Virus record (IMG/VR): IMGVR_UViG_3300049893_002454
Span: 1-64,000 of that record
From: a virus
Strand: one strand, 5' to 3'
Length of the DNA: 64,000 nt
Both the position numbers and the translations under genes were made by a program. Of this stretch, positions 10,907 to 21,692 are shown piece by piece. How positions within the stretch are numbered: position 1 is the first letter of the stretch; each line of letters opens with the position of its first letter. The notes beneath the pieces were generated by a model, which was given only the letters and a program-made list of their open reading frames with translations, had not been told where the DNA came from and searched no databases.

Positions 10907-11712
10907 TAAATATTGATGCTTTTATAATGGGGACCTGTCAGCAGGACAGACTGGTGTGGCTGGATAAGAGCGTGGGCTTCCTAGACTCTCAGCATTTTCC
11001 TTTTACAAATAAGTATTTAATCTTAGATCAGTTTGATGGGCATGTGCTTAACCAGGACTTAGAAGAGAGATTTAAATTAGCCGGTTGGACAGTATTGAAG
11101 TATTCTATTGGCGGTGGTCGAGATGGAACTGGTCGCGCACAATGTATGATAAGAGCGCTAGAGCAAGTAGCAAGTGATGTGATTTTTTACAATGAAGATG
11201 ACATACTCGTGCGGATGCCTGACTTTAATGATATTCAGAAATTACTAACTACTACAATCAATACGCGCGAATGTGGCATGATCTCGTTAAATATTGGAGG
11301 TAGTGATCATGATTTTCCAAATAAAAAGTTCGGAGATCTAGACAATATAAAGGATAGAGTTGTGCTTAATAATAGCAAATATCTGTCATTTATACGCGAT
11401 GAGGCAAGAGCTAGCCGATGGTTTGTTGAATTTCCAGGCCTCTTTATACAAAAGTCATTACTATCAAATATTCTAAAACCAAGTTTTGGTAATGGCGGCA
11501 TTGAAATTCATCTTACAGAAGAATACTTTAGACAACAGATGCACGAGAGGTACTTCAAGTGCTCGGTATGTAAAACCAATATATATAGTGTTATCGATTT
11601 TTATAGGAATAACTTTAATCTAGAGATGTTTGAAACGGCTAAGCTAATAAGGTTGCTGGATAGTAATCAGGGCGATGTTAATTTTCTACTAGATAATATT
11701 CCAATGGTATAG
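10903..11712 (+). CDS. Putative GT-A fold glycosyltransferase
   Basis: FYNEDD acidic motif; operon context. Confidence 0.5.
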   Translation: MINIDAFIMGTCQQDRLVWLDKSVGFLDSQHFPFTNKYLILDQFDGHVLNQDLEERFKLAGWTVLKYSIGGGRDGTGRAQCMIRALEQVASDVIFYNEDDILVRMPDFNDIQKLLTTTINTRECGMISLNIGGSDHDFPNKKFGDLDNIKDRVVLNNSKYLSFIRDEARASRWFVEFPGLFIQKSLLSNILKPSFGNGGIEIHLTEEYFRQQMHERYFKCSVCKTNIYSVIDFYRNNFNLEMFETAKLIRLLDSNQGDVNFLLDNIPMV

Positions 11713-11720
11713 GTGATTTT

Positions 11721-12518
11721 ATGTTTAATAATGGTAAGTGGGAAAGTCCAAGTGTAGTGATGTATTGTCAGATAGGCAGATCACTGGATATGGCTGAATT
11801 TTCTATAAAGAGAGCAATTGAAAACTCCGGACTTAGAGATGATGAATTCGACATTGTGTTTATTTGCTGGAAAACGTCCCCAGAGGTTTATAACTGGTTA
11901 AATGCAAATAACTATAAGTATGTAGATATGGAATATGACGAAGGCAAGGGATTTCTATGGAATCTCTATAAGGGCTGGAATTTAGGATATGAAGTTGGAT
12001 TTCAATATGCTCCCTACGTTTGTCCAATTGCAACAGATCACTCATTTGCGCCAAATTGGTTAGCAAACATGCTAAAGCATGCTAAAGAAAACAGAATTGT
12101 AAATTGTAAACTTATAGAACCCGGAACTCTGCCGACATTGCATACAGCAATTAATTTTGGAGTCACATTAGATGGGCAATTTAACGAATCTGAATTCATG
12201 AAATTTGCGGCTGATCATTGTAATAAATATAATAATGTTTTAGAAACAAATGAGAGATCTTATGGTCATAGGTTTGATGCTATGCCGTTTATCTGTCCAA
12301 AAGATGTGTGGCAAAGATTTGGTCCTATGAGTCAGGTGCTAGTCAATGGCAGTCCAGACCCAGAGCATATATTTGTTAATTCAGTAACAGGCGATACTCA
12401 TTTCTTTAATTGTTGTAAGGCGGGTGGAGTACAAGTTGTAAAAGCCATGGATGCGGTTAGTTACCACTGTGGAGGCCTAGAGACCAGAAGGGGCGCTAGT
12501 GAAAATAGGTACACATAA
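11721..12518 (+). CDS. Putative GT2-like glycosyltransferase, paralog of 8335..9063
   Basis: Shares WN.G, F..NWL.N.LKH, IV..[RK]LIE.G, NFG, GD..FF and YH motifs with 8335..9063. Confidence 0.6.
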   Translation: MFNNGKWESPSVVMYCQIGRSLDMAEFSIKRAIENSGLRDDEFDIVFICWKTSPEVYNWLNANNYKYVDMEYDEGKGFLWNLYKGWNLGYEVGFQYAPYVCPIATDHSFAPNWLANMLKHAKENRIVNCKLIEPGTLPTLHTAINFGVTLDGQFNESEFMKFAADHCNKYNNVLETNERSYGHRFDAMPFICPKDVWQRFGPMSQVLVNGSPDPEHIFVNSVTGDTHFFNCCKAGGVQVVKAMDAVSYHCGGLETRRGASENRYT

Positions 12519-13186
12519 TGCTTACATTTACAACAAATACATATAATAATGTAGAATATACAATAATCGTACCATCATGTCGCCCCCATTTTGTAAGTGA
12601 TATTAAGTCATCCTTACAGGGATTTAACATCAATCACTTCGATGGGACAGGATATCCATCATCAGCAAAGCTAACAAATGACGTAATAATTAACTGTCCC
12701 ACTGAAATAGTATTTATAAATCAGGATAAGTGTAGAGGAAGTGCAGAGCAAATATATATATGCCTGGATTATATCAATGCTGGCTACGGAATGGCATGGC
12801 TATGGCCATTTGGATTCGGATGTTTTAAAAAAGATGTAATAAGAAGAGTAGGGTTTTTTGAAGAGAGATGCGCGGGCGGTCAATGGGATGACAGTGATAT
12901 GATCAGGCGTTTAAAGGAAGCTGACATAGGAGCAGTCATGCTTCACTCGACACAGAGGATACAGTTAAATACCCTATGGCGCCCGCATGAATCAGAGGTA
13001 TTTTTTAAGAAAAAATGGATTGGACCTGGGGAGATGATTAGAAATCTTGGCGAGATGGATTATCATTATAATATAGGCGCTTACCAAGGTAGTCAATTTA
13101 GGCCATGGAAGGATTCAATTGTCGATGCGCATCCGCCATCCTCTGATGAGCAAAATTCAAAATACAGAAAAGCCCTTGGTTTATAA
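12518..13186 (+). CDS. Putative GT2-like glycosyltransferase
   Basis: IIVPS, RRVGFFEER..GGQWDDSD. Confidence 0.6.
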   Translation: MLTFTTNTYNNVEYTIIVPSCRPHFVSDIKSSLQGFNINHFDGTGYPSSAKLTNDVIINCPTEIVFINQDKCRGSAEQIYICLDYINAGYGMAWLWPFGFGCFKKDVIRRVGFFEERCAGGQWDDSDMIRRLKEADIGAVMLHSTQRIQLNTLWRPHESEVFFKKKWIGPGEMIRNLGEMDYHYNIGAYQGSQFRPWKDSIVDAHPPSSDEQNSKYRKALGL

Positions 13187-13198
13187 CAAAGAGGCATT

Positions 13199-13996
13199 AT
13201 GATTATAGGGATTGTTGGGTTAGGAGTAGTGGGTAGTGCTATAAAGTACGGATTTGAAAAGCTTGGCCATACAGTACTAGGACATGACCTTAAGTTAGGT
13301 ACACATCTGTCAGAATTATTAACATCTGAAGTAATATATATATGTGTACCTACACCATCAAATAATACAGGGGCGTGTAATACAACAATAGTTGAATCTG
13401 TAGTAGATGAACTACATGCTCTTGACTATTCAGGTACAATAGCAATAAAATCAACTGTGTCCCCAGGAACAACACAGGCACTAATAAACAAATATAAGAA
13501 TAATAAAATATGCTTTATTCCAGAATTCTTACGCGAAAGGGCGGCCACCACAGACTTTACAGAAAATCATGACTTATGCGTTATTGGTACGTTAGAAGCT
13601 CAGCAATTTGAAGTAATTAGACAAAGTCATGGCTCATACCCTAAGAAGATAATGCAAACTTCTCCAACAGAGGCAGAACTAGTCAAATATTTCAATAATA
13701 TATATAATGCTACACTAATAACATTTGCAAATAGCTTTTATGAAGTATGCAAGTCATTAGATGTTAATTATAGTAATGTCAAGAATGCCATTGTAAATAG
13801 AGAGCATATTACAGACATATATCTTGATTGTAATGATAACTTTAGAGGCTTTGCTGGCGTATGCCTGCCGAAAGATCTGGCGGCCATAAGACATCTCTGT
13901 GAAGAGCGAGGTCTTGATGTTTCATTTTTTAAAAACATAGAAGATGAGAACAATAGATATAGCCCTACCGTTTTTGATGGCATGAGGTTGTGCTAA
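13199..13996 (+). CDS. UDP-glucose/GDP-mannose dehydrogenase family protein, short form lacking the C-terminal domain
   Basis: GLGVVG, ICVPTP, IKSTV, PEFLRE, AELVKY, GFAGVCLPKD. Confidence 0.85.
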   Translation: MIIGIVGLGVVGSAIKYGFEKLGHTVLGHDLKLGTHLSELLTSEVIYICVPTPSNNTGACNTTIVESVVDELHALDYSGTIAIKSTVSPGTTQALINKYKNNKICFIPEFLRERAATTDFTENHDLCVIGTLEAQQFEVIRQSHGSYPKKIMQTSPTEAELVKYFNNIYNATLITFANSFYEVCKSLDVNYSNVKNAIVNREHITDIYLDCNDNFRGFAGVCLPKDLAAIRHLCEERGLDVSFFKNIEDENNRYSPTVFDGMRLC

Positions 13997-14434
13997 GTGC
14001 TTCTTATATCGCATAGAGGTAATATCGGTGGCATCGATAAGTCGGCAGAGAATAATCCAGAACGAATCAGCAAGTTAATTGGTGGCGGAATCTCTGTAGA
14101 GATTGATGTTTGGTATGTAGATAATAAATTTATGCTAGGTCACGACGCTCCAGAGTACCATATTACAGCAGATTTTATTAAAAGTAGCGGCTTATGGTGC
14201 CATGCTAAGAACATCATGGCGATGACTAAGTTAAAAGAGCTGAATGTAGAGCACTTCTTCTGGCATGAACAGGATGCAATTACATTAACATCTTGCGGTT
14301 TATTCTGGACATATCCCGGAATGGAGATAACTAAACATTCGATAATTGTGGCACTAAGTCCAGAAGATACACATCGCCTCATTAATTCTGATGTATACGG
14401 GGTATGTTCGGATTATATTGATAAATTTTGGTGA
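13997..14434 (+). CDS. PI-PLC/GDPD-like phosphodiesterase
   Basis: ISHRGN, AENNP, VEIDVW, LGHD, WCHAKN, GVCSDY. Confidence 0.7.
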   Translation: MLLISHRGNIGGIDKSAENNPERISKLIGGGISVEIDVWYVDNKFMLGHDAPEYHITADFIKSSGLWCHAKNIMAMTKLKELNVEHFFWHEQDAITLTSCGLFWTYPGMEITKHSIIVALSPEDTHRLINSDVYGVCSDYIDKFW

Positions 14435-14438
14435 GTTC

Positions 14439-15824
14439 ATGATTAAATTAGTAGCATTTGACCTTGATGGTGTATTAGTTGATGCAAAGGACATTCACTT
14501 CGAAGCATTAAATACGGCTCTGGCTGCAGTGGATCAAAAATTTCTTATTTCAGAAGAAGAACACTTGAGCATATTTGATGGACTACCTACAATCAAAAAA
14601 CTACAGATATTATCAGCACAAAGAGGATTACCTGTTAACCTCTATGAGCAAATCTCTTCGAATAAACAGGAAGAAACAATAAGAATAATGAGGAATAAAT
14701 TAACTATAAATAATAGATTAATAAATATTCTCAAGCAGCTTAAATCAGCAGGGATGCAGATATGCGTAGCATCCAATTCTATACGTAAGACAGTAGTAAC
14801 AGCACTAGTACATACTGGTCTTATAGAGCATATAGATTTCTTTCTTTCGAATCAAGATGTTATAAATGCAAAGCCGAGCCCAGAGATTTATCTAAAGTGC
14901 ATGATCGCTGCTGGTGTTGGCCCGGATGAGACTATTATTGTAGAAGATTCACCGGTAGGACAAAAGGCAGCAATCTCTTCAGGTGGACACCTATGTCCAG
15001 TAAAGAATTCAGACGACGTATCTTTAGATAAGATATCTAAGATATATCTTAATCTGAATAAAAATACTAAGAAAAAGTGGACGGACAGTGAGTTAAATAT
15101 TATTATTCCCATGGCCGGACAGGGCTCTAGGTTTGAAAAGGCTGGATATGCTTTTCCAAAACCATTAATAGATGTTATGGGCAAACCAATGATTCAAATG
15201 GTCGTGGAGAACTTAAATATAAATGCAAACTATATATATGTAGTTAGGAAAGAACATTATGATAAGTATAATCTTCAATATATGCTTAATCTGATTACAC
15301 CAAATTGCAAAATTGTGTTAGTGGATCAGATAACGGAAGGGGCGGCCTGTACTGTATTGCTAGCAAAAGATCATATAAATAACGACAACCCATTATTACT
15401 TGCAAATTCAGATCAATATGTTGAGTGGGATAGCTCAGAATTTCTATATTCAATGAATTCATCTTCAGTAGATGGCGGCATACTAACATTTACCGCAGTC
15501 AGCCCGAAGTGGTCTTTTGTTAAACTTGATGAACATGGATATGTATCAGAAGTAGCTGAAAAGAAGCCGATCAGTAATATAGCGACGTGCGGCATTTATT
15601 GGTTCAGAAAAGGCAGTGATTTCGTATCTGCGGCCGAAAATATGATGTATAAAAATATAAGAGTGAATAATGAATTTTATGTCTGCCCTGTATTTAATGA
15701 GATGATAGAGTGTGGTAAAAAAATTAAGACCAATCATATAAACAACATGTGGGGAACAGGAACGCCGGAAGACCTAAGCTCATTTATATCAAATTATGAT
15801 AAAATATTTCGAAACGCTACATAG
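14439..15824 (+). CDS. HAD phosphatase fused to sugar nucleotidyltransferase
   Basis: FDLDGVLVD, KPSPE, IVEDS; then IPMAGQGSRF, PKPLIDV, GTGTPEDL. Confidence 0.88.
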   Translation: MIKLVAFDLDGVLVDAKDIHFEALNTALAAVDQKFLISEEEHLSIFDGLPTIKKLQILSAQRGLPVNLYEQISSNKQEETIRIMRNKLTINNRLINILKQLKSAGMQICVASNSIRKTVVTALVHTGLIEHIDFFLSNQDVINAKPSPEIYLKCMIAAGVGPDETIIVEDSPVGQKAAISSGGHLCPVKNSDDVSLDKISKIYLNLNKNTKKKWTDSELNIIIPMAGQGSRFEKAGYAFPKPLIDVMGKPMIQMVVENLNINANYIYVVRKEHYDKYNLQYMLNLITPNCKIVLVDQITEGAACTVLLAKDHINNDNPLLLANSDQYVEWDSSEFLYSMNSSSVDGGILTFTAVSPKWSFVKLDEHGYVSEVAEKKPISNIATCGIYWFRKGSDFVSAAENMMYKNIRVNNEFYVCPVFNEMIECGKKIKTNHINNMWGTGTPEDLSSFISNYDKIFRNAT

Positions 15825-16911
15825 AGAGCGCTGTGCTATTTGCAGTTCACTAGAACTAAATGATATTAGCGAAATCAGAAATGTTCCTATATATATGGGA
15901 GTGACGACAGGGTGCGATGATCTTACATCGGATCTTAGGTTTGCCAAGTGCTGCGTATGTAATACAATCCAGATATCTGGTTTGGTACCACCAGATATTT
16001 TATATAGTAAAAATCATAATGTAGACATAGTTGGCGCTAAGTGGAATAGACACTTTAAGGAATTAAGTAAATTAATATCTGAAGAGCTTGACACTTCTGA
16101 TATTCTTGAAGTTGGCGATCCATCGGCTAAAATCGCTTCTATATGTGATCATGACAAGTGGACTATAGTTGAGCCAAATCCAGACGAAGCAAAATGTTAT
16201 AATAATGTCGTCTTTATTAAAGATATAATAGAAAATGTCGAAGGCGGGAATTTTTCTGGTGTTGTACTAAGTCACGTGCTCGAACACGCAGTTGAACCAC
16301 TTCAACTATTGAAGCATATACGAACACTTATGAGATCAGAGGCGAAACTGTGTATCTCTATACCGAATATGAGCGAATTCGTAGTCAACCGACAACTTCC
16401 TCCACTAGGTATGCATTTTGAACATACGTTCTTTTTAGATATAGAAAGACTAACATACATGTTGGAGGCTTCTGGTTTTAAGATAAGGACTATGAGGCAA
16501 TTTGAAGAACATTCAATGTTTATAATTGCAGATAAATCAGAGGCAACAGACAATATGACGATATCATCAGACTTTTCTACAGAGCTGGTAAAGATAATAG
16601 ACGACTATCGGGCGTTAGTCAATAGTATAAATTATAAGATAAATAACAAGAAGCATATATTTTTGTACGGGGCACATATAATGGCGCAAATGTTGCTATC
16701 ACTAGGATTAAATGGGGATAATATTGAATGCATACTTGATAACTCTACTTCAAAGATAGGACATAGGCTATATGGTACCAATCTGCATGTAAACTCGCCG
16801 TCTATATTACAAGGAATACGTACCCCAGTTGTAATTTGTCATATGGGACCGTATACAGACGAAATAAAATCTCAAATTATGCAAATTAACAAAGAGGTTA
16901 ATTTCTTATGA
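15796..16911 (+). CDS. Sugar C-methyltransferase-like SAM methyltransferase with N-terminal Zn-binding CxxC pairs
   Basis: CAIC/CCVC, ILEVG, HVLEH, FEH, LYGA, ILDN..KIG. Confidence 0.8.
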   Translation: MIKYFETLHRERCAICSSLELNDISEIRNVPIYMGVTTGCDDLTSDLRFAKCCVCNTIQISGLVPPDILYSKNHNVDIVGAKWNRHFKELSKLISEELDTSDILEVGDPSAKIASICDHDKWTIVEPNPDEAKCYNNVVFIKDIIENVEGGNFSGVVLSHVLEHAVEPLQLLKHIRTLMRSEAKLCISIPNMSEFVVNRQLPPLGMHFEHTFFLDIERLTYMLEASGFKIRTMRQFEEHSMFIIADKSEATDNMTISSDFSTELVKIIDDYRALVNSINYKINNKKHIFLYGAHIMAQMLLSLGLNGDNIECILDNSTSKIGHRLYGTNLHVNSPSILQGIRTPVVICHMGPYTDEIKSQIMQINKEVNFL

Positions 16912-17624
16912 GATTAGCCTGCATCATAAGCATGTATGACGAGCATCAATTAGTGCTCTCTACATTGAATAGCATTTTAAAACACTTTATAAATCCAGAG
17001 ATAATAATAGTGCACTCAGACAATGGCACAATATTATCTACTAGTGCTGCGGTCACATATATTAAATTACCTAATATAGCAACAACTGTTACGGCATCGA
17101 GATTGCCATCATATTCAATTACAAGAAACTTTAGTACAGGATTTTCTAATTTATATGAAAAAGGTAAAGAGTATGATATGATTGTAGCCATGACTGGCGA
17201 TACGTTAGTTACAGATGCGAGTTCATTTAATCGCAGATATGCTGATCTTGCAGCTGGAAAATTTTATGCTGCAGTATCACAAGCTGTGGGTCAGCGCTTT
17301 CATGCCAGCACAGACGATCCTGATGCCGGTCGGACATGCGGAAGGATTCAGCATAATAATACGACAGACTTCGCATGCTGTTTATTCCTAGTAGATGGGG
17401 AATTTGCCAATAAAACTAAGGTATTTTCATCGATTAAGGTAACAAATGAGTTCTCCTCAGAACAGTGCCTAGGAGATGAGCTTATGTCGGCAATGGGGGT
17501 CTCTAGCAATGAAGAGTTTCACACACGTGTGTATAGATTGAATAACAGCACGCCTCATATAGCTTACTCATACAATGACGGGGTAGTATATCATGCGCGC
17601 ACAGGCGGACGTCCAGGGAGATAA
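16908..17624 (+). CDS. Putative GT-A fold glycosyltransferase
   Basis: IISMYDE, IIIVHSD, MTGD; operon context. Confidence 0.5.
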   Translation: MRLACIISMYDEHQLVLSTLNSILKHFINPEIIIVHSDNGTILSTSAAVTYIKLPNIATTVTASRLPSYSITRNFSTGFSNLYEKGKEYDMIVAMTGDTLVTDASSFNRRYADLAAGKFYAAVSQAVGQRFHASTDDPDAGRTCGRIQHNNTTDFACCLFLVDGEFANKTKVFSSIKVTNEFSSEQCLGDELMSAMGVSSNEEFHTRVYRLNNSTPHIAYSYNDGVVYHARTGGRPGR

Positions 17625-17625
17625 T

Positions 17626-18648
17626 ATGAAGGTTATAGTTACTGGCTCTCAGGGTTTTATAGGCAGTTATATATGTAATGAGTTATTAAATACTGGATAT
17701 AATGTTATAGGTATTGATAACTATAGCAAATATGGGCAAATCGTACGCTCACATGATGTACATCCAAATTTTAAGTTATACCACTCTGATGTAAGACATA
17801 TACATGAAAATATACGATCAGAACTATATAATGATATTCTAGACTCAGATTTTATAATTGCCGGAGCAGCACTCATAGGCGGCATCTCATATTTTCACGA
17901 GAAGGCATTTGATTTACTGGCAACAAACGAAGAGATATTAGCATCGACATTTAGAGCGGCCATAGATCTACATAAGTATCATAATCTTAAAAGGATAGTG
18001 GTCATATCGAGCAGTATGGTATTTGAGCAAACCTCCAAATACCCTACTCCAGAAAGCGAAGTGCTTACCTGCCCACCGCCGCTATCAACGTATGGTTTTC
18101 AAAAGCTATCCTCAGAATACTTCTGCAAAGGTGCCTGGGAGCAATATAAGTTGCCATATACGATTGTAAGACCGTTTAATTGCATTGGACTTGGCGAGAC
18201 GAGAGCGTTAGGGGCGCATGAAATCTCGCATGGCAATACAACCCTAATGCTCAGCCACGTGCTCCCAGACTTAATTAATAAGGCACTTAAGCTCTCTCCT
18301 TCAGACTCGCTTCCAATCCTCGGCTCTGGCAATCAAGTCAGGCACTACACTCATGGAAGGGATATCGCTAGAGGAATCCGGATTGCCATGGAATCAGGAG
18401 CGGCTGAGAACAATGATTTTAATATCTCACACAGCAGACCAATGACAGTATTGGAGCTTGCCGAGATAGTGTGGAAGAGAGTGCATGGCACTGAATTGAA
18501 GGTAAGCCATCAGCCGGCATATGAGTATGATGTGCAGATCCGCAGCCCAGACGTTACTAAGGCGAGGGATATTCTGGGTTTTTCTGCAGAAATAGATGTT
18601 GAAGATAGCATAGATGAAATTATCGACTGGATGAGGAAGAACCTGTGA
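17626..18648 (+). CDS. NAD-dependent epimerase/dehydratase (extended SDR)
   Basis: VTGSQGFIG, SSSMV, YGFQK, RPFN. Confidence 0.9.
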   Translation: MKVIVTGSQGFIGSYICNELLNTGYNVIGIDNYSKYGQIVRSHDVHPNFKLYHSDVRHIHENIRSELYNDILDSDFIIAGAALIGGISYFHEKAFDLLATNEEILASTFRAAIDLHKYHNLKRIVVISSSMVFEQTSKYPTPESEVLTCPPPLSTYGFQKLSSEYFCKGAWEQYKLPYTIVRPFNCIGLGETRALGAHEISHGNTTLMLSHVLPDLINKALKLSPSDSLPILGSGNQVRHYTHGRDIARGIRIAMESGAAENNDFNISHSRPMTVLELAEIVWKRVHGTELKVSHQPAYEYDVQIRSPDVTKARDILGFSAEIDVEDSIDEIIDWMRKNL

Positions 18649-18998
18649 AAATATCAGAATTAATTGATAACCATATTCTTGAAGCAATAGATAAATTTGA
18701 CGGCGACTACTCGCTAAACAATCCATTTGAGGAGCTGATTAGCTTCGGAGAATTAGTCGACAGACTTTCAGTTGTGAATTTTAAATTATTTAAACTAAAA
18801 GACGAAGTGATGATGAGGCCTGATGATCAGGACTTCCGTGGTTGGGCTTCAATTGAAGATGTTAAGTTATGTAAGGAACGCTCGCGTCTGAAGCGATGCA
18901 TAGATGAGAAGTTAGCATCCATGATGGTTAGAGTTCGTGATGGAGACCCGTCAGCAGGACATAATTCCGAAACGAAATTATATGGGAGAGAAGTATGA
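18645..18998 (+). CDS. Small helical protein (DUF4254/DUF6165-like) of sugar clusters
   Basis: SFGELVDRLSVVNFK and ERSRLKRCID motifs. Confidence 0.5.
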   Translation: MKISELIDNHILEAIDKFDGDYSLNNPFEELISFGELVDRLSVVNFKLFKLKDEVMMRPDDQDFRGWASIEDVKLCKERSRLKRCIDEKLASMMVRVRDGDPSAGHNSETKLYGREV

Positions 18999-19951
18999 AC
19001 ATATCAGTGCCTACAAGAATTTTAATAGTTGGAGGCCTAGGATATATAGGCGGATATTTAACAGATTATCTTATAGAGCATGGATATGACATTACGGTCT
19101 ATGATAATATGTTATTTGAAGACAGGTATTTGAAAAATACTAAATTCATATATGGAGATATAAGAGATAGCGGTAAATTAGCTGCTGTCATTAATAACTT
19201 CGATGTGGTAGTTTGGCTTGCGGCTATTGTCGGTGATGGTGCGTGTGCCGTTGATGTTAAACTAACTAAGGAAATCAATACCGATACGGTAAAATGGTTA
19301 ACTGATAATTATTCTGGTAAGATTATTTGGGCAAGCACATGCTCAGTATATGGTCGAAATGACGAACTATTAACAGAGGAATCTCCGCTCGCTCCGCTCT
19401 CGGCATACGCAGAGTCGAAGCTAGAGGCAGAAAAATACCTGCTGTCCAAACGCCAGGATGCTCTAGTATTCAGGCTGGGAACATTATTCGGAGTAGGAGA
19501 TGAACATAGTCGTCTCAGACTTGATTTGGTAGCAAATATACTTTCTATGAAAGCATCAAGAGGAGAGGAGCTTAGTGTATTTGGCGGAGAGCAGTGGAGG
19601 CCACTACTGCATGTTCGCGATGTAAGCACAGCTATTGCTCATTGTCTAAAGAATAGTATATCGGGATTATACAATTTATCATATGGTAACTTTAAACTTT
19701 CAGAGATCGCAGAGCAGATTGTAGCGATGATCCCAGGAGCTACATTGAAATACTCAGATCTTCCATTTGAGGATCAAAGAAACTATCGGGTTACAAATGA
19801 TAAGATACTAGCCACAGGATGGAAGCCTACGTATAATTTAGAATTTGGCGTAAAGCAGATACAAAGTGTAATACAAGATAACCGCATTAAGAATACCTCT
19901 GATCCGATTTATTCGAATGCGGCATATATAAAGCAGATTGGGTCATTTTAA
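18995..19951 (+). CDS. NAD-dependent epimerase/dehydratase
   Basis: GGLGYIG, LAAIVGD, STCSVYG, YAESK, RPLLHVRD. Confidence 0.9.
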   Translation: MNISVPTRILIVGGLGYIGGYLTDYLIEHGYDITVYDNMLFEDRYLKNTKFIYGDIRDSGKLAAVINNFDVVVWLAAIVGDGACAVDVKLTKEINTDTVKWLTDNYSGKIIWASTCSVYGRNDELLTEESPLAPLSAYAESKLEAEKYLLSKRQDALVFRLGTLFGVGDEHSRLRLDLVANILSMKASRGEELSVFGGEQWRPLLHVRDVSTAIAHCLKNSISGLYNLSYGNFKLSEIAEQIVAMIPGATLKYSDLPFEDQRNYRVTNDKILATGWKPTYNLEFGVKQIQSVIQDNRIKNTSDPIYSNAAYIKQIGSF

Positions 19952-19969
19952 CCTATAAATAGGTGGTGT

Positions 19970-20431
19970 ATGAATATTCTAGATGGCAAGATACATGTTG
20001 ATAATCGCGGCTCTCTTCGCGTAGTTCCTGATTTTAATCCAAGCACCTTGAATATTAAAAGAATGTACCAGGTTGAGAATAATCCGTTGTGTGAAATACG
20101 TGCATGGCACGGCCACCTAGAAGAGGAAAAGTATGTATATTGCGCGCGGGGTTCGGCAATCATTGCCGCCATACATATGGGGACCGATGATGTCTTTATG
20201 CCATCTATCAGTCAATCAAGAGGTGCATCGGCACCACAGACGCTGGTGCTATCAGCATTACAGCCAAGAGTAATACATATTCCAGCAGGAATGGCAAATG
20301 GGTTTAGGATGCTCGAACCAGGGACGATATTGCTATTCTACTCCACTTCAACTCTAGAGGAAAGCAAGGGCGACGACTATAGATTTCCTCTAGATGATCA
20401 TGATGAAACATTTAAAATAGAGGTTAGATGA
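19970..20431 (+). CDS. RmlC/FdtA-like cupin sugar epimerase or isomerase
   Basis: DNRGSL, RAWHGH, IPAGMANGF. Confidence 0.8.
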   Translation: MNILDGKIHVDNRGSLRVVPDFNPSTLNIKRMYQVENNPLCEIRAWHGHLEEEKYVYCARGSAIIAAIHMGTDDVFMPSISQSRGASAPQTLVLSALQPRVIHIPAGMANGFRMLEPGTILLFYSTSTLEESKGDDYRFPLDDHDETFKIEVR

Positions 20432-21282
20432 TGAAAACGGTTTTAATCTTAGGTGGCACCGGCATGCTTGGTAATGCTGTAGGAAAATATTTTCAGGCAC
20501 ATCAAGACAAATACGACACCTATCTAACTACAAGAGATATGTCATTGATTTATAGCAAGTCAAATAACTGGATTAAGTTCGACCCCACAGGAAAGATACT
20601 TGACGCATCACACGCATTACGCGATGTATTTGAATATATGCCAAGAAACCCTGATATTATAATTAATTGCATAGGTGTCATAAAGCCATTCATGGCTAAG
20701 AACAAACGTGAGAGCATTCTAATCAACGCACTTCTGCCACACTTGTGGGCAGAAGACTCATTAGCTCTAAATATTAAATTTCTACATATAACCTCAGATT
20801 GCGTATTTAGTGGTGCAAAGGGTAACTATGTAGAGAGTTCACTGCACGATGCGCTTGATGATTACGGCAAGAGTAAGAGTTTAGGAGAGCCGGTAGACAA
20901 TGCTATGGTTATACGCACGTCAATTATAGGTCCAGAGATACATAAGCAGGCGTCATTAGTTGCATGGGCACAAAGCCAAGCAGGGAAAGAGGTATCTGGA
21001 TTTACTAATCATTTATGGAATGGAATTACCTGCAAGCAGTATGCGATAGTATGTAGCAAGATTATCGACAATGATCTGTATGAACAAGGATTATTTCATG
21101 TACATTCTGATATAGTAAACAAAGCAGAGCTCTTGCAGATGATAGATTATCGATACAATCTAGGACTAAAGATCATCCATGTACCTGCACAAACACATAT
21201 AGATAGGACGATGGCAACAGAAAAGTCATTGCTACACAAGTTACACATTCCTATGTTAAAAGATCAAATTCAATCACTGTGA
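20428..21282 (+). CDS. RmlD-like dTDP-4-dehydrorhamnose reductase family SDR
   Basis: GGTGMLG, SDCVFSG, YGKSKSLGE, RTSIIG. Confidence 0.85.
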   Translation: MMKTVLILGGTGMLGNAVGKYFQAHQDKYDTYLTTRDMSLIYSKSNNWIKFDPTGKILDASHALRDVFEYMPRNPDIIINCIGVIKPFMAKNKRESILINALLPHLWAEDSLALNIKFLHITSDCVFSGAKGNYVESSLHDALDDYGKSKSLGEPVDNAMVIRTSIIGPEIHKQASLVAWAQSQAGKEVSGFTNHLWNGITCKQYAIVCSKIIDNDLYEQGLFHVHSDIVNKAELLQMIDYRYNLGLKIIHVPAQTHIDRTMATEKSLLHKLHIPMLKDQIQSL

Positions 21283-21494
21283 TGTATTTGATATATATAT
21301 CAATGATTAATTTTCATATTCTGCTATCAGATATACCTTATATTATTTCATCTTCTCTGTGTCACAGAATCAGCAAAGTATTGCTTATATTTAATAATAT
21401 GTTAGGTTAGATAACCTAGGAGTTCTGTGGTCTCTAAGCTATCTAGTACTATGGATCATAGTATCTATCACATCTATATAGCAAAAGGTGGCAA

Positions 21495-21692
21495 ATGATG
21501 TCTCATGCGGTAGTTTATTGGTATGGTGGGGTTTCTAGGGCTTATAGGGTTTCTAGGGCTTCTGGTGCTTATGGGACTTCTAGGGCTTCTGGTGCTTATG
21601 GGGCTTCTAGGGTTTCTGGGGTTTCTGGGGATTCTGTGGATTCTGTGGCCTCTGGGGCTTCTAGGGCTTCTAGGGCAAGAGGTGGTAGATGA
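21495..21692 (+). CDS. Ser-rich tripeptide-repeat micropeptide 1 (65 aa)
   Basis: AGGTGG SD-like motif upstream; MMSHAVVYWYGG leader; (x-S-x)n; RGGR stop overlapping the next ATG. Confidence 0.55.
   Translation: MMSHAVVYWYGGVSRAYRVSRASGAYGTSRASGAYGASRVSGVSGDSVDSVASGASRASRARGGR

Noticed and set aside
19954-19961. T4-type late promoter TATAAATA
   Set aside because: Expected by chance in AT-rich DNA, and no gp55-like sigma was recognised.
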